Below are positions 50,473 to 62,400 of a DNA stretch of 64,000 nt, piece after piece. Origin of the DNA: Macrostomum lignano (lineage: Eukaryota); NCBI GenBank assembly GCA_002269645.1, contig NIVC01001122.1:124001-188000 (forward strand), read 5' to 3'. Each line of letters opens with the position of its first letter. Within the stretch, counting starts at the first letter, position 1. Under the pieces are notes generated by a model, which searched no databases, was not told the origin of the DNA, and saw only the letters and a program-made list of their open reading frames with translations. Both the position numbers and the translations under genes were made by a program.

Positions 50473-53400
50473 GTAAATTGCGCTACTAATTGTTTAAATT
50501 TTTAAACCTATACAGCCTGTGTATGTAGCTTATATTATATATATTTATTGTTTGTATCATCTTATTTTATTTAATAACTAATTTATTTACGTAGTGACTT
50601 AGTTCTATTAGATAAAAGATTTCTAACTATTTCATTTAGATTTTGCTGGGTTTATAATGAGCTATAGAGTATAGTTATTATATAAAATAAAATATGATTT
50701 AAGCCAATTTAAAAGTAAAATTAATTGTTAATAAAGCATTCTGTATTTATTTTTTTTGACTATTATTTTATTTATTTAGTTGATCAAATTTAATTGATAA
50801 TACTGTAGTATTTATTGATTAGATTGTTATTTAAAAATCAAGAATACTAAGGATAGGCTTATTTTTGACTTTATTGCTTTGTAAATACTTTTCCATTTAT
50901 TTGTTTTTTGCTTTTAAATTGTTTACTATTACTAATATCCCGTCTACTTTTTGCATGAATTTATAAGTTTATTTAGAAACAAAATTTTTTTTCTGAATCC
51001 TAAGTATTATAGAACATTTGATATTATTCATAATAACTAAGTACTAGAGAAACTATATTATGTTTTAAAATATTATGAAATTTTTGTAAGTATGAGTGCA
51101 AATAAAAATAAAAATATATAAATATATATTTTCCTTTTAAATTTTAGACTATTTGTCTTCTACTTGGCCTCCAAGTTGTATAATCGGCTCCATATTGATT
51201 TAAAAGTGAACTATGTTGGCTTATTTAAAGGTTTTAATATTTGGCTTCATTTTCCTAACAACACTACTGTTGTAAGTAGAATAATACACTTTGATACTTT
51301 TTACAAAACAAGTGTAAAAAATTATTTAATGTTAAAACAATTTAATTTATCTTGTAGGAGATCAAGTCAGTTCAGATTACCAGCAGTTTGTGGAACAAAG
51401 AAGCACCGTAAGTTGTGAATATTTCTTCCTTTTATTATGTTCGATACTGTTATTAGCTCGTGCCAGCACTACTATGAGTAGTTTTTTATGTCCAAATTCT
51501 TACCAGCTGGATTCTCACAGCGATAGTGCAAGACGTTGAGGCGGAGAGTTCGCTGCACTCGGTGCACAATTGGTCATTCTTGCGCGACGGGAGCTACTCG
51601 CTGCCCAGGCAATTCCCCTTTGATGATGTGAAGCCCAGCTGCTCTGAGAGCTCCGCTGGCTACACTGGTCAGCGTGAGAGCAACAGCAAACACCTGCGCA
51701 CTCTGCTCCAGGTGAGTGGCGAATTGTGTTGTTTTTAGTAGTAAGAAGATCAAGTGTTTCAGGATGAGATTAGATGAGACCAGTGTTTCATGGTATGAGA
51801 TTAGATGAGACCAGTGTTTCAGGATGAGATTAGATAAGATCAGTGTTTTAGGGGATAAGATGAGCTGAGATCAGTGTTTCAGGGGATGAGATTAGATAAG
51901 ATCAGTGTTTTAAGGGAAGAGACTAGATGAGATCAGTGTTTCAGAGGATGAGATTAGATGAGACCAGTGTTTCAGGATGAGATTAGATGAGACCAGTGTT
52001 TCAGGATGAGATTAGATGAGACCAGTGTTTCAGGATGAGATTAGATGAGACCAGTGTTTCAGGATGAGATTAGATGAGACCAGTGTTTCATGGGATGAGA
52101 TTAGATGAGATAATAAAGTGTTTCATGGTATGAGATTAGATGAGATCAGTGTTTCAGGAGATGAGATTACATGTAGATGAGATCAGTGTTTCAGGGGATG
52201 AACTTTTTCCCAGTGCATAAGAGTTAAAAATTATGTTGATTAACTTGTAAGTACATGGCTTTTTCACGCGCAGTTCCTGGGCATCACTGTGAAGAATTTG
52301 CACATCAAAGTTGGCAGTTTCCCCCGCTTGTCCAGCCTGCATTTCTACTTTGATCGGCTGGAACTGTTCATCGCCTCCATCGATTCGGAATGGTTCGCCA
52401 CCCTTTGTTTATATTTTTGGCTATAATTTATACTAAGCCTTACTTATCTTTGCATAGTTTACCTTACCAACCACCCTCACCCCGATGCCTACGCAGCTGC
52501 AACTGTCAGCTCCAGGGCAGCGACATGTCTGTAAAATTTATCACCAACAAGCTGCTGGTCAGCAACCAGGCTGGGCAATCCAACGAAGTAAGTTTTGTTA
52601 GCGTTTGTAGGGTTCAATTGTGGTTGGGAGCAAGGGGTGTGGGATCAAACATGTGGTTGGGAGCAAGGGGTGTGGGATCAAACATGTGGTTGGGAGCAAG
52701 GGGTGTGGGATCAAACATGTGGTTGGGATCAAACATGTGGTTGGGAGCAAGGGGTGTGGGATCAAAAATGTGGTTGGGAGCAAGCGATGTGGGATCAAAC
52801 ATGTTTTTGATGGCGATCGGTGTGAGATCAAACATGTGGTTGGGAGCAATCGGTGTGGGATCAAACATGTGGTTGGGAGCAAGGGGTGTGGGATCAAACA
52901 TGTGGTTGGGAGCAAGGGGTGTGGGATCAAACATGTGGTTGGGAGCAAGGGGTGTGGGATCAAACATGTGGTTGGGATCAAACATGTGGTTGGGAGCAAG
53001 GGGTGTGGGATAAAAAATGTGGTTGGGAGCAAGCGATGTGGGATCAAACATGTTTTTGATGGCGATCGGTGTGAGATCAAACATGTGGTTGGGAGCAATC
53101 GGTGTGGGATCAAACATGTGGTTGGGAGCAAGGGGTGTGGGATCAAACATGTGGTTGGGAGCAAGGGGTGTGGGATCAAACATGTGGTTGGGAGCAAGGG
53201 TGTGGGATCAAACATGTGGTTGGGAGCAATCGGTGTGGGATCAACCATGTGGTTGGGAGCAAGGGGTGTGGGATCAACTATGTGGTTGGGAGCAAGGGGT
53301 GTGGGATCAACCATGTGGTTGGGAGCAAGGGGTGTGGGATCAACTATGTGGTTGGGAGCAAGGGGTGTGGGATCAACCATGTGGTTGGGAGCAAGGGGTG

Positions 53401-56400
53401 TGGGATCAACCATGTGGTTGGGAGCAAGGGGTGTGGGATCAAACATGTGGTTTGGAGCAATCGGTGTGGGATCAAACATGTGGTTGGGAGCAAGGGGTGT
53501 GGGATCAAACATGTGGTTGGGAGCAAGGGGTGTGGGATCAAATATGTGGTTGGGAGCAAGGGGTGTGGGATCAAACATGTGGTTGGGAGCAAGGGGTGTG
53601 GGATCAAACATGTGGTTGGGAGCAAGGGTGTGGGATCAAACATGTGGTTGGGAGCAAGCGGTGTGGGATCAACCATGTGGTTGGGAGCAAGGGGTGTGGG
53701 ATCAACTATGTGGTTGGGAGCAAGGGGTGTGGGATCAACCATGTGGTTGGGAGCAAGGGGTGTGGGATCAACTATGTGGTTGGGAGCAAGGGGTGTGGGA
53801 TCAACCATGTGGTTGGGAGCAAGGGGTGTGGGATCAACCATGTGGTTGGGAGCAAGGGGTGTGGGATCAAACATGTGGTTTGGAGCAATCGGTGTGGGAT
53901 CAAACATGTGATTGGGAGCAAGGGGTGTGGGATCAAACATGTGGTTGGGAGCAAGGGGTGTGGGATCAAACATGTGGTTGGGAACAAGGGGTGTGGGATC
54001 AAACATGTTGATGGCGATCGGTGTGGGATCAAACATGTTTTTGATGGCGATCGGTGTGGGATCAAACATGTGGTTGGGAGCAAGTGGCGTGGAGCTTCAA
54101 GGATATGCATTTCGCAAGTGGAGTGGAACTCGGGCCCGCAGGACATGGTCCGCCTGCTGCTGATGAACAGCCGAATCGGGGCTGCCCGGCTGCAACTGAA
54201 CCAGCGCACCAGCGACGGGTCACCAGTCAGCGTCCAGTGCCGCGTGGCCGAGCCGAGGTTTTTCGTCACGCAGGGTAATTTCATTATTTTCTATTAACTT
54301 TAGTTTATCTATGACTAGTTGTTTGATGGTAGCGTACATCTATTTTGGGTGGCGGCAGCGTCAACAGAGTAACCAGCTGGTTGGTTTGGTGGCTGCGGTC
54401 CACTGAGTGACCAGCTGGTTGGTGGCTGCGGTCCACTGAGTGACCAGCTGGTTTGTGACAGTGGTCCACTGAGTGACCAGCTGGTTTGTGACAGCGGTCC
54501 ACTGAGTGACCAGCTGGTTTGTGACAGCGGTCCACTGAGTGACCAGCTGGTTTGTGACAGTGGTCCACTGAGTGACCAGCTGGTTTGTGACAGCGGTCCA
54601 CTGAGTGACCAGCTGGTTTGTGACAGTGGTCCACTGAGTGACCAGCTGGTTTGTGACAGCGGTCCACTGAGTGACCAGCTGGTTTGTGACAGCGGTCCAC
54701 TGAGTGACCAGCTGGTTTGTGACAGTGGTCCACTGAGTGACCAGCTGGTTTGTGACAGTGGTCCACTGAGTGACCAGCTGGTTTGTGACAGCGGTCCACT
54801 GAGTGACCAGCTGGTTTGTGACAGCGGTCCACTGAGTGACCAGCTGGTTTGTGACAGCGGTCCACTGAGTGACCAGCTGGTTTGTGACAGTGGTCCACTG
54901 AGTGACCAGCTGGTTTGTGACAGCGGTCCACTGAGTGACCAGCTGGTTTGTGACAGCGGTCCACTGAGTGACCAGCTGGTTTGTGACAGTGGTCCACTGA
55001 GTGACCAGCTGGTTTGTGACAGTGGTCCACTGAGTGAACAGGGTTTGTGACAGTGGTCCACTGAGTGACCAGCTGGTTTGTGACAGTGGTCCACTGAGTG
55101 ACCAGCTGGTTTGTGACAGCGGTCCACTGAGTGACCAGCTGGTTTGTGACAGCGGTCCACTGAGTGACCAGCTGGTTTGTGACAGTGGTCCACTGAGTGA
55201 CCAGCTGGTTTGTGACAGTGGTCCACTGAGTGACCAGCTGGTTTGTGACAGTGGTCCACTGAGTGACCAGCTGGTTTGTGACAGTGGTCCACTGAGTGAA
55301 CAGGGTTTGTGACAGTGGTCCACTGAGTGACCAGCTGGTTTGTGACAGTGGTCCACTGAGTGACCAGCTGGTTTGTGACAGTGGTCCACTGAGTGAACAG
55401 GGTTTGTGACAGTGGTCCACTGAGTGACCAGCTGGTTTGTGACAGTGGTCCACTGAGTGACCAGCTGGTTTGTGACAGCGGTCCACTGAGTGACCAGCTG
55501 GTTTGTGACAGCGGTCCACTGAGTGACATTATCAGTTGTCGGCAATAATTTCCTTCACGATTTCCTATTGTTATTTCAGAATTCTTCGCCTACCTGAAAG
55601 ACTACGCCAAGACCCAAGAGTCGCTCAGGCTGATGCGCAGTCTGTACACCTACGGATTCAATCGCGCAGGTCTGCACGAAGGGGAAGCCGCTGACAATTC
55701 AGCGATTCCCGTCGTTGCTGGCGGCGGCTCGAGGCCACCGGCGTCCGCTGCGATTGACGAGGAAGGCAGCCCGCTGTTCTGGCTGCCGCGAAGAGCAGAG
55801 CTTCAGGTTCGTTGTGGCTTGGCGTAGTGAGTTGGTGTAGTGAGTAGTGAGCTTATTGTAATGAGTAGCGAGCTTAGTGTAGTGAGTAGCGAGCTTAGTG
55901 TAGTGAGTAGTGAGTTGGTGTAGTGAGTAGTGAGCTTATTGTAATGAGTAGCGAGCTTAGTGTAGTGAGTAGCGAGCTTAGTGTTGTGAGTAGCGAGCTT
56001 AGTGTAGTGAGTAGTGAGCTTAGTGTAGTGAGTAGTGAGCTTAGTGTAGTGAGTAGCGAGCTTAGTGTAGCGAGTAGCGAGCTTAGTGTTGTGAGTAAGT
56101 GAGCTTGGTGTATTGAGTAGCGAGATTAGTGTTGTGAGTAAGCGAGCTTAGTGGAGTGAGTAGAGAGCTTAATTTTGAGTAGCGAGCTTAGTCTTGGGTA
56201 GTGGGCTTGGGAGTGAACTAGTTGGTAAGAGATGGTTTAGTATCTTCATTTGGGGAAGTCTGCGAAAACCATGCATGATGCTTTCAATGGAGGGTTTGAA
56301 TGCCAATTGCGAATTCAATAAAATCAAGATCGACGCCCTGCACTGCGAGCTGGAGCGCGAGATGTGCCGCCGCAGCCTCGTCCTTGAATGGTCGGAGGAG

Positions 56401-59400
56401 AGAGACGGCGGAGGCGGCGGGCGCAACTCGATCGCATCCGCTTCAGTGGCCGCGGCGGCTGCTGCTGCTGCTGACGAATTCGCTGGTCAAGCCAGCATGC
56501 GGTTGGCACTGTGCGACTTTGCCGTTGTGCTCAACGATGACATTCCGTTTGCTAAAGTGAAAAAGTTTGAATTCTTTGGCGATGTGAGTCGGCATAAACT
56601 AACTGTGTGCACAGTTACATGTGCCCATGGACTGCTTACTTGAGTGCGCGTTCTTTGCAGTACTCACCTCGGTGTACACTCACCTTTACTCTACTCACCT
56701 CGGTGTACACTCACCTTTACTCTACTCACCTCGGTGTACACTCACCTTTACTCTACTCACCTCGGTGTACACTCACCCCTACTCTACTCACCTCGTTGTA
56801 CACTCACCCCTACTCTACTCACCTCGGTGTACACTCACCTTTACTCTACTCACCTCGGTGTACACTCACCTTTACTCTACTCACCTCGGTGTACACTCAC
56901 CCCTACTCTACTCACCTCGGTGTACACTCACCCCTACTCTACTCACCTCGGTGTACACTCACCCCTACTCTACTCACCTCGGTGTACACTCACCCCTACT
57001 CTACTCACCTCGGTGTACACTCACCTTTACTCTACTCACCTCGGTGTACACTCACCTTTACTCTACTCACCTCGGTGTACACTCACCCCTACTCTACTCA
57101 CCTCGGTGTACACTCACCCCTACTCTACTCACCTCGGTGTACACTCACCCCTACTCTACTCACCTCGGTGTACACTCACCCCTACTCTACTCACCTCGGT
57201 GTACACTCACCTTTACTCTACTCACCTCGGTGTACACTCACCTTTACTCTACTCACCTCGGTGTACACTCACCCCTACTCTACTCACCTCGTTGTACACT
57301 CACCCCTACTCTACTCACCTCGGTGTACACTCACCTTTACTCTACTCACCTCGGTGTACACTCACCTTTACTCTACTCACCTCGGTGTACACTCACCCCT
57401 ACTCTACTCACCTCGGTGTACACTCACCCCTACTCTACTCACCTCGGTGTACACTCACCCCTACTCTACTCACCTCGGTGTACACTCACCCCTACTCTAC
57501 TCACCTCGGTGTACACTCACCTTTACTCTACTCACCTCGGTGTACACTCACCTTTACTCTACTCACCTCGGTGTACACTCACCCCTACTCTACTCACCTC
57601 GTTGTACACTCACCCCTACTCTACTCACCTCGGTGTACACTCACCCCTACTCTACTCACCTCGGTGTACACTCACCCCTACTCTACTCACCTCGGTGTAC
57701 ACTCACCCCTACTCTACTCACCTCGGTGTACACTCACCCCTACTCTACTCACCTCGGTGTACACTCTACTCTGCTCTACCATGCTTGGGCGCAACCTGGG
57801 GATTCGCCCGGCCGTTTCTATTGGCAACACACACATGTAAGTCGCTATTGGACGGAATAGTAGTCACGTGACTGCTCTTAGCCAATAGCGACTTAGATGT
57901 GTGTGTTGCCAATAGAAGCGGCCGAGTGATTCCCAAGGTTGCGCATGTATGTACTCTACTCACCTCAGTGTACACTCACTTCTACTCTACTCAACGACCT
58001 GAGACTACTTACTTACCTGAGAATGCACTTACCCGTGAACTCACAGTCCAACTGCCTAATCAATGACCCCAACGATGATAAAGTTGCTCAAAGAAGAATA
58101 TCAAAACAAAGACTGATTGCTCGCCACACGCTGCCGCACCTCCAGTTGTACCCGAAGGTGATAGACTTCAAGTTGGCACTGCTCACGCCGTTCTTCGCCT
58201 ACCAAGTAGAAGAGGCCAGATTCTGGGCCCACTATCTGCGCAGCGTGCTGCCTCGTAGCCTTCGCGGCGCTGACAACTCGCCGTCGCCCTCGCCGACACC
58301 GTCGCCGGCCCCGGCTGCCGCGGTGACATCTTTGCCGCGTCGTCGGCGTCAGCGACTCCGCGCTCGTCTGGGCCGCCTGCTTGGCAGCAAGCGGATCGAG
58401 ATGATTCTGGACGTGCGCGCCGAGCCCGGCCAGTCGCTGTGTCTGGAGTTCGGCGTCACCGAGCTGCAGCCCGGCCTGCGAGTCACCTACGGCCCAACTA
58501 AGCTGGACCTGGTGCTGGACACTCACGGCGGCTACAGGCCGCCAGTTGCCTGCCAGATTCAGTGCGCCAGCTGCGATCTTCAAGGCCCGCTGTGCGTTCA
58601 ACTGTCTAATCAGAATCCCGCTCACATGCGAGTGCTGGACAGCAGCCTGGCCAATGCGCTGGAGATTGACAGCTGTCACATCACCGTGAGTGGCTGGATG
58701 AGTGCTGGGTGTACAGTGGAGTCTCTAGGATCTGGAAAGTGTACATTGGAACGTATATTATATGGAAAGTGTACATTGGAGTGTATATTATATGGAAAGT
58801 GTACATTGGAGCGTATATTGATGGAAAGTGTACATTGGAGTGTATAGGAGGTGGAAAGTGTAGATTGGAGTGTATAAGAGGTGGAAAGTGTGCATTGGAG
58901 CGTATGGAAGGTGGAAAGTGTACATTGGAGCGTAAGCGTATAGGATGTGGAAAGTGTTCATTGGAGTGTAGGAGCGTATGGAAGGTGGAAAGAGTACATT
59001 GGAGTTTATAGGAGGTGGAAAGTGTACATTGGAGTGTATAGGAGGTGGAAAGTGTACATTGGAGTTTATAGGAGGTGGAAAGTGTACATTGGAGTGTATA
59101 GGAGCTGGAAAGTGTACATTGGAGCGTATAGGAGGTGGAAAGTGTACATTGGAGCGTATAGGAGGTGGAAAGTGTACATTGGAGTGTATAGGATGTGGAA
59201 AGTGTTCATTGGAGTGTAGGAGCGTATGGAAGGTGGAAAGTGTACATTGGAGTGTATAGGAGGTGGAAAGTGTACATTGGAGTGTATAGGATGTGGAAAG
59301 TGTTCATTGGAGTGTAGGAGCGTATGGAAGGTGGAAAGTGTACATTGGAGCGTATAGATGTGGAAAGTGTTCATTGGAGCGTATAGATGTGGAAAGTGTA

Positions 59401-62400
59401 CATTGAAGCGTATAGATGTGGAAAGTGTTCATTGGAGTGTAGGAGCGTATAGGAGGTGGAAAGTGTACATTGGAGTGTATAGGATGTGGAAAGTGTTCAT
59501 TGGAGTGTAGGAGCGTATAGGAGGTGGAAAGTGTACATTGGAGCGTATAGGAGGTGGAAAGTGTACATTGGAGCGTATAGGAGGTGGAAAGTGTACATTG
59601 GAGTGTATAAGAGGTGGAAAGTGTACGTAGGAGGGTATAGGAGGTGGAAAGTGTACATTGGAGTGTATAAGAGGTGGAAAGTGTACGTAGGAGGGTATAG
59701 GAGGTGGAAAGTGTACATTGGAGCGTATAGGAGGTGGAAAGTGTGCATTGGAGTGTATAAGAGGTGGAAAGTGTACGTAGGAGGGTATAGGAGGTGGAAA
59801 GTGTACATTGGAGCGTATAGGAGGTGGAAAGTGTGCATTTGAGTATAATATGGGGTGGAAATTGTACATGGGAGAGAATACTAGACAGCTTTTATCATTG
59901 AATAACTCGGAGAGGATTATTATACGGTTAGTATCACTTCTAAAACCATATATTATCAATAAATTTCAGTGCCCAAAGCTATCTGGACAAAGCGATGCTC
60001 TGCAGACAAAGCTGACTGTCTCCCGCTGTCAGCTCAAGGTCACTAGAGAGCTGGTGCAGACTCTTACTCAGCTTGTGCACGCATGGGCTGCCAGCTTTGC
60101 CCAGCAACAGTCCGAGCAGCAACAGCAGCAGCAGCCCAATCGGCAGCCCCAGCCTCCTCTGCTGGCATTCCGAAGGCCCGCAATACTGCTCCATGCCTCA
60201 CTACAAGAGGGCATCCTGTCAGCCGTGAGCACCTGCGGAGATCACATCCGGGTTTGGTTACGCCAGCTCGATCTCGAGTTGCGCTCGCATCAGCATCAGC
60301 ACCATCAGCAGACTGGCTTTGGCGGAGCGACTTTGTCCATGGATCTGAAGCTGCTGAAGGTGCTCCATTATTCCAGCTGGTTGGCTAAGACGCCTCGCTC
60401 GGTGGCTCTGTCGCTGCACATGCTGCACGCCAAGACTGGGCCGCACGGCCGGCTTAAACTAATCTGCTCTGATCCCATTGAGGCTTTCTGGAGTCCCGGA
60501 GTTCACCTGTGCTTGAAAGACATTCACGAGCACTGCCTGGCGCCCATTCTTAAACTGATTCATCCGGCTGAAATTAGTGCGGCTGGGAGAAATGATGACG
60601 CGTCTAAGCCGAGCTCGGGCCTGCTAGAGCTCTGCCCATTGTTAATTTGCAGCAGCAAGTTAGCTTAACTCTGCAATTGAGCAGTTCTCACGGGCTTAAT
60701 TTGTGCTTGTCCAGCCTGCAGCTCGAGTCCGGCGTTGCCAGGTGCGAAACCGCGTCGCTTTACTTTGATAGCCGGCGCATCTTCCAGGCTGTCGCCCTCA
60801 CCGTGTCTGCGTCGACTCATCGACAACCCAGAGTGGGACTCAACGTGCCAGAGAACAAAGTATACACTACGGCGATGGATACGCTGTTGGTTCGGTTTCC
60901 ATTTGAGTTCGATTTCTACGAGTGCATGGATCACGTGAGCGTTGCTTCAGGGGTTTGCTAACTGTAATATAGGGGTGTTCACTCTGAGCTCAGGGTGTTT
61001 TAAGTGGGTGTTCACTCCTGTCTAGGGTGTTGGGGTTGGTGTTCACTCCTGTCTAGGGTGTTGGGGTGGATTTTCACTCCGGCTGGAGGGTGTTGCGGTG
61101 GATTTTCACTCCGGCTGGAGGGTGTTGGGGTGGGTGTTCACTCCGGCTGGAGGGTGTTGCGGTGGATTTTCACTCCGGCTGGAGGGTGTTGCGGTGGATT
61201 TTCACTCCGGCTGGAGGGTGTTGGGGTGGGTGTTCACTCCGGCTGGAGGGTGTTGGGGTGGGTGTTCACTCCGGCTGGAGGGTGTTGGGGTGGGTGTTCA
61301 CTCCGGCTGAAGGGTGTTGGGTGGATGTTCACTCCGGCTGGAGGGTGTTGGGGTGGATGTTCACTCCGGCTAGAGAGTGTTAGGGTGGATGTTCACTCCG
61401 GCTGGAGAGTGTTGGGGTGGATTTTCACTCCGGCTGGAGGGTGTTGGGGTGGGTGTTCACTTCGGCTGGAGGTGTTGGGGTTGGTGTTCACTCCGGCTGG
61501 AGGGTATTGGGTTGGGTGTTCACTCCGGGTGCAGAGGCTGCTAGAATGTGTTTTCAATATAGCTAATCACTGATTTAAGCAAAATTTTTTGTATCTTACT
61601 TATCAGGTTTTGAGCACCCGAAAGTGGCTAAGAAGCGTTCACAATCACACGGACAAAGACCTCATCGAAGATGATAGTGTGCCGCTGGGCCCGGACATCT
61701 GCGTCAACATTGGCGTGAGTTGTGTATTGCTTCTGAAAAAAACTGTAGAATTCGTGTGTGCCTTTGTTGTTTTTCATTCGGGTGCAGCTAAAAATAGGGT
61801 GAATGTTCCGAATTTTTGCTGAAATATATACAATTGAAGGACAAGCAGATCAAGGGGGTGTAAAAAGAAAAACAGAAAAACCAGAAGTATGTAGCGGCGC
61901 TAAATTATAGAACCGGAAGTAGGTAGCGGCGCTACAATGAAGGACCGGAAGACTACATGGAGGGACAGGAAGGTTACATGTAAGGATAGGAAGGCTACAT
62001 GGAGGGACAGGAAGGCTACATGTAAGGACAGGAAGGCTACATGGAGGGATAGGAAGGCTACATGGAGGGACAGGAAGGCTACATGTAGGGACAGGAAGGC
62101 TACATGGAGGGATAGGAAGGCTAGGGATAGGAAGGCTAGGGATAGGAAGGCTACATGTAGGGATAGGAAGGCTAGGGACAGGAAGGCTACATGTAGGGAT
62201 AGGAAGGCTACATGTAGGGACAGGAAGGCTAGGGACAGGAAGGCTACATGTAGGGATAGGAAGGCTACATGTAGGGACAGGAAGGCTACATGGAGGGATA
62301 GGAAGGCTACATGGAGGGACAGGAAGGCTACACGGAGGGACAAGAAGGCTACATGGAGGGATAGAAAGGCTGCATGGAGGGACAGGAAGGCTACATGGAG

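Noticed and set aside
54390-55527. CRISPR-like array (33-bp palindromic repeats)
   Set aside because: Repeats are head-to-tail with no unique spacers, no cas genes, and the context is a eukaryotic intron; likewise for the 67-bp and 86-bp arrays.
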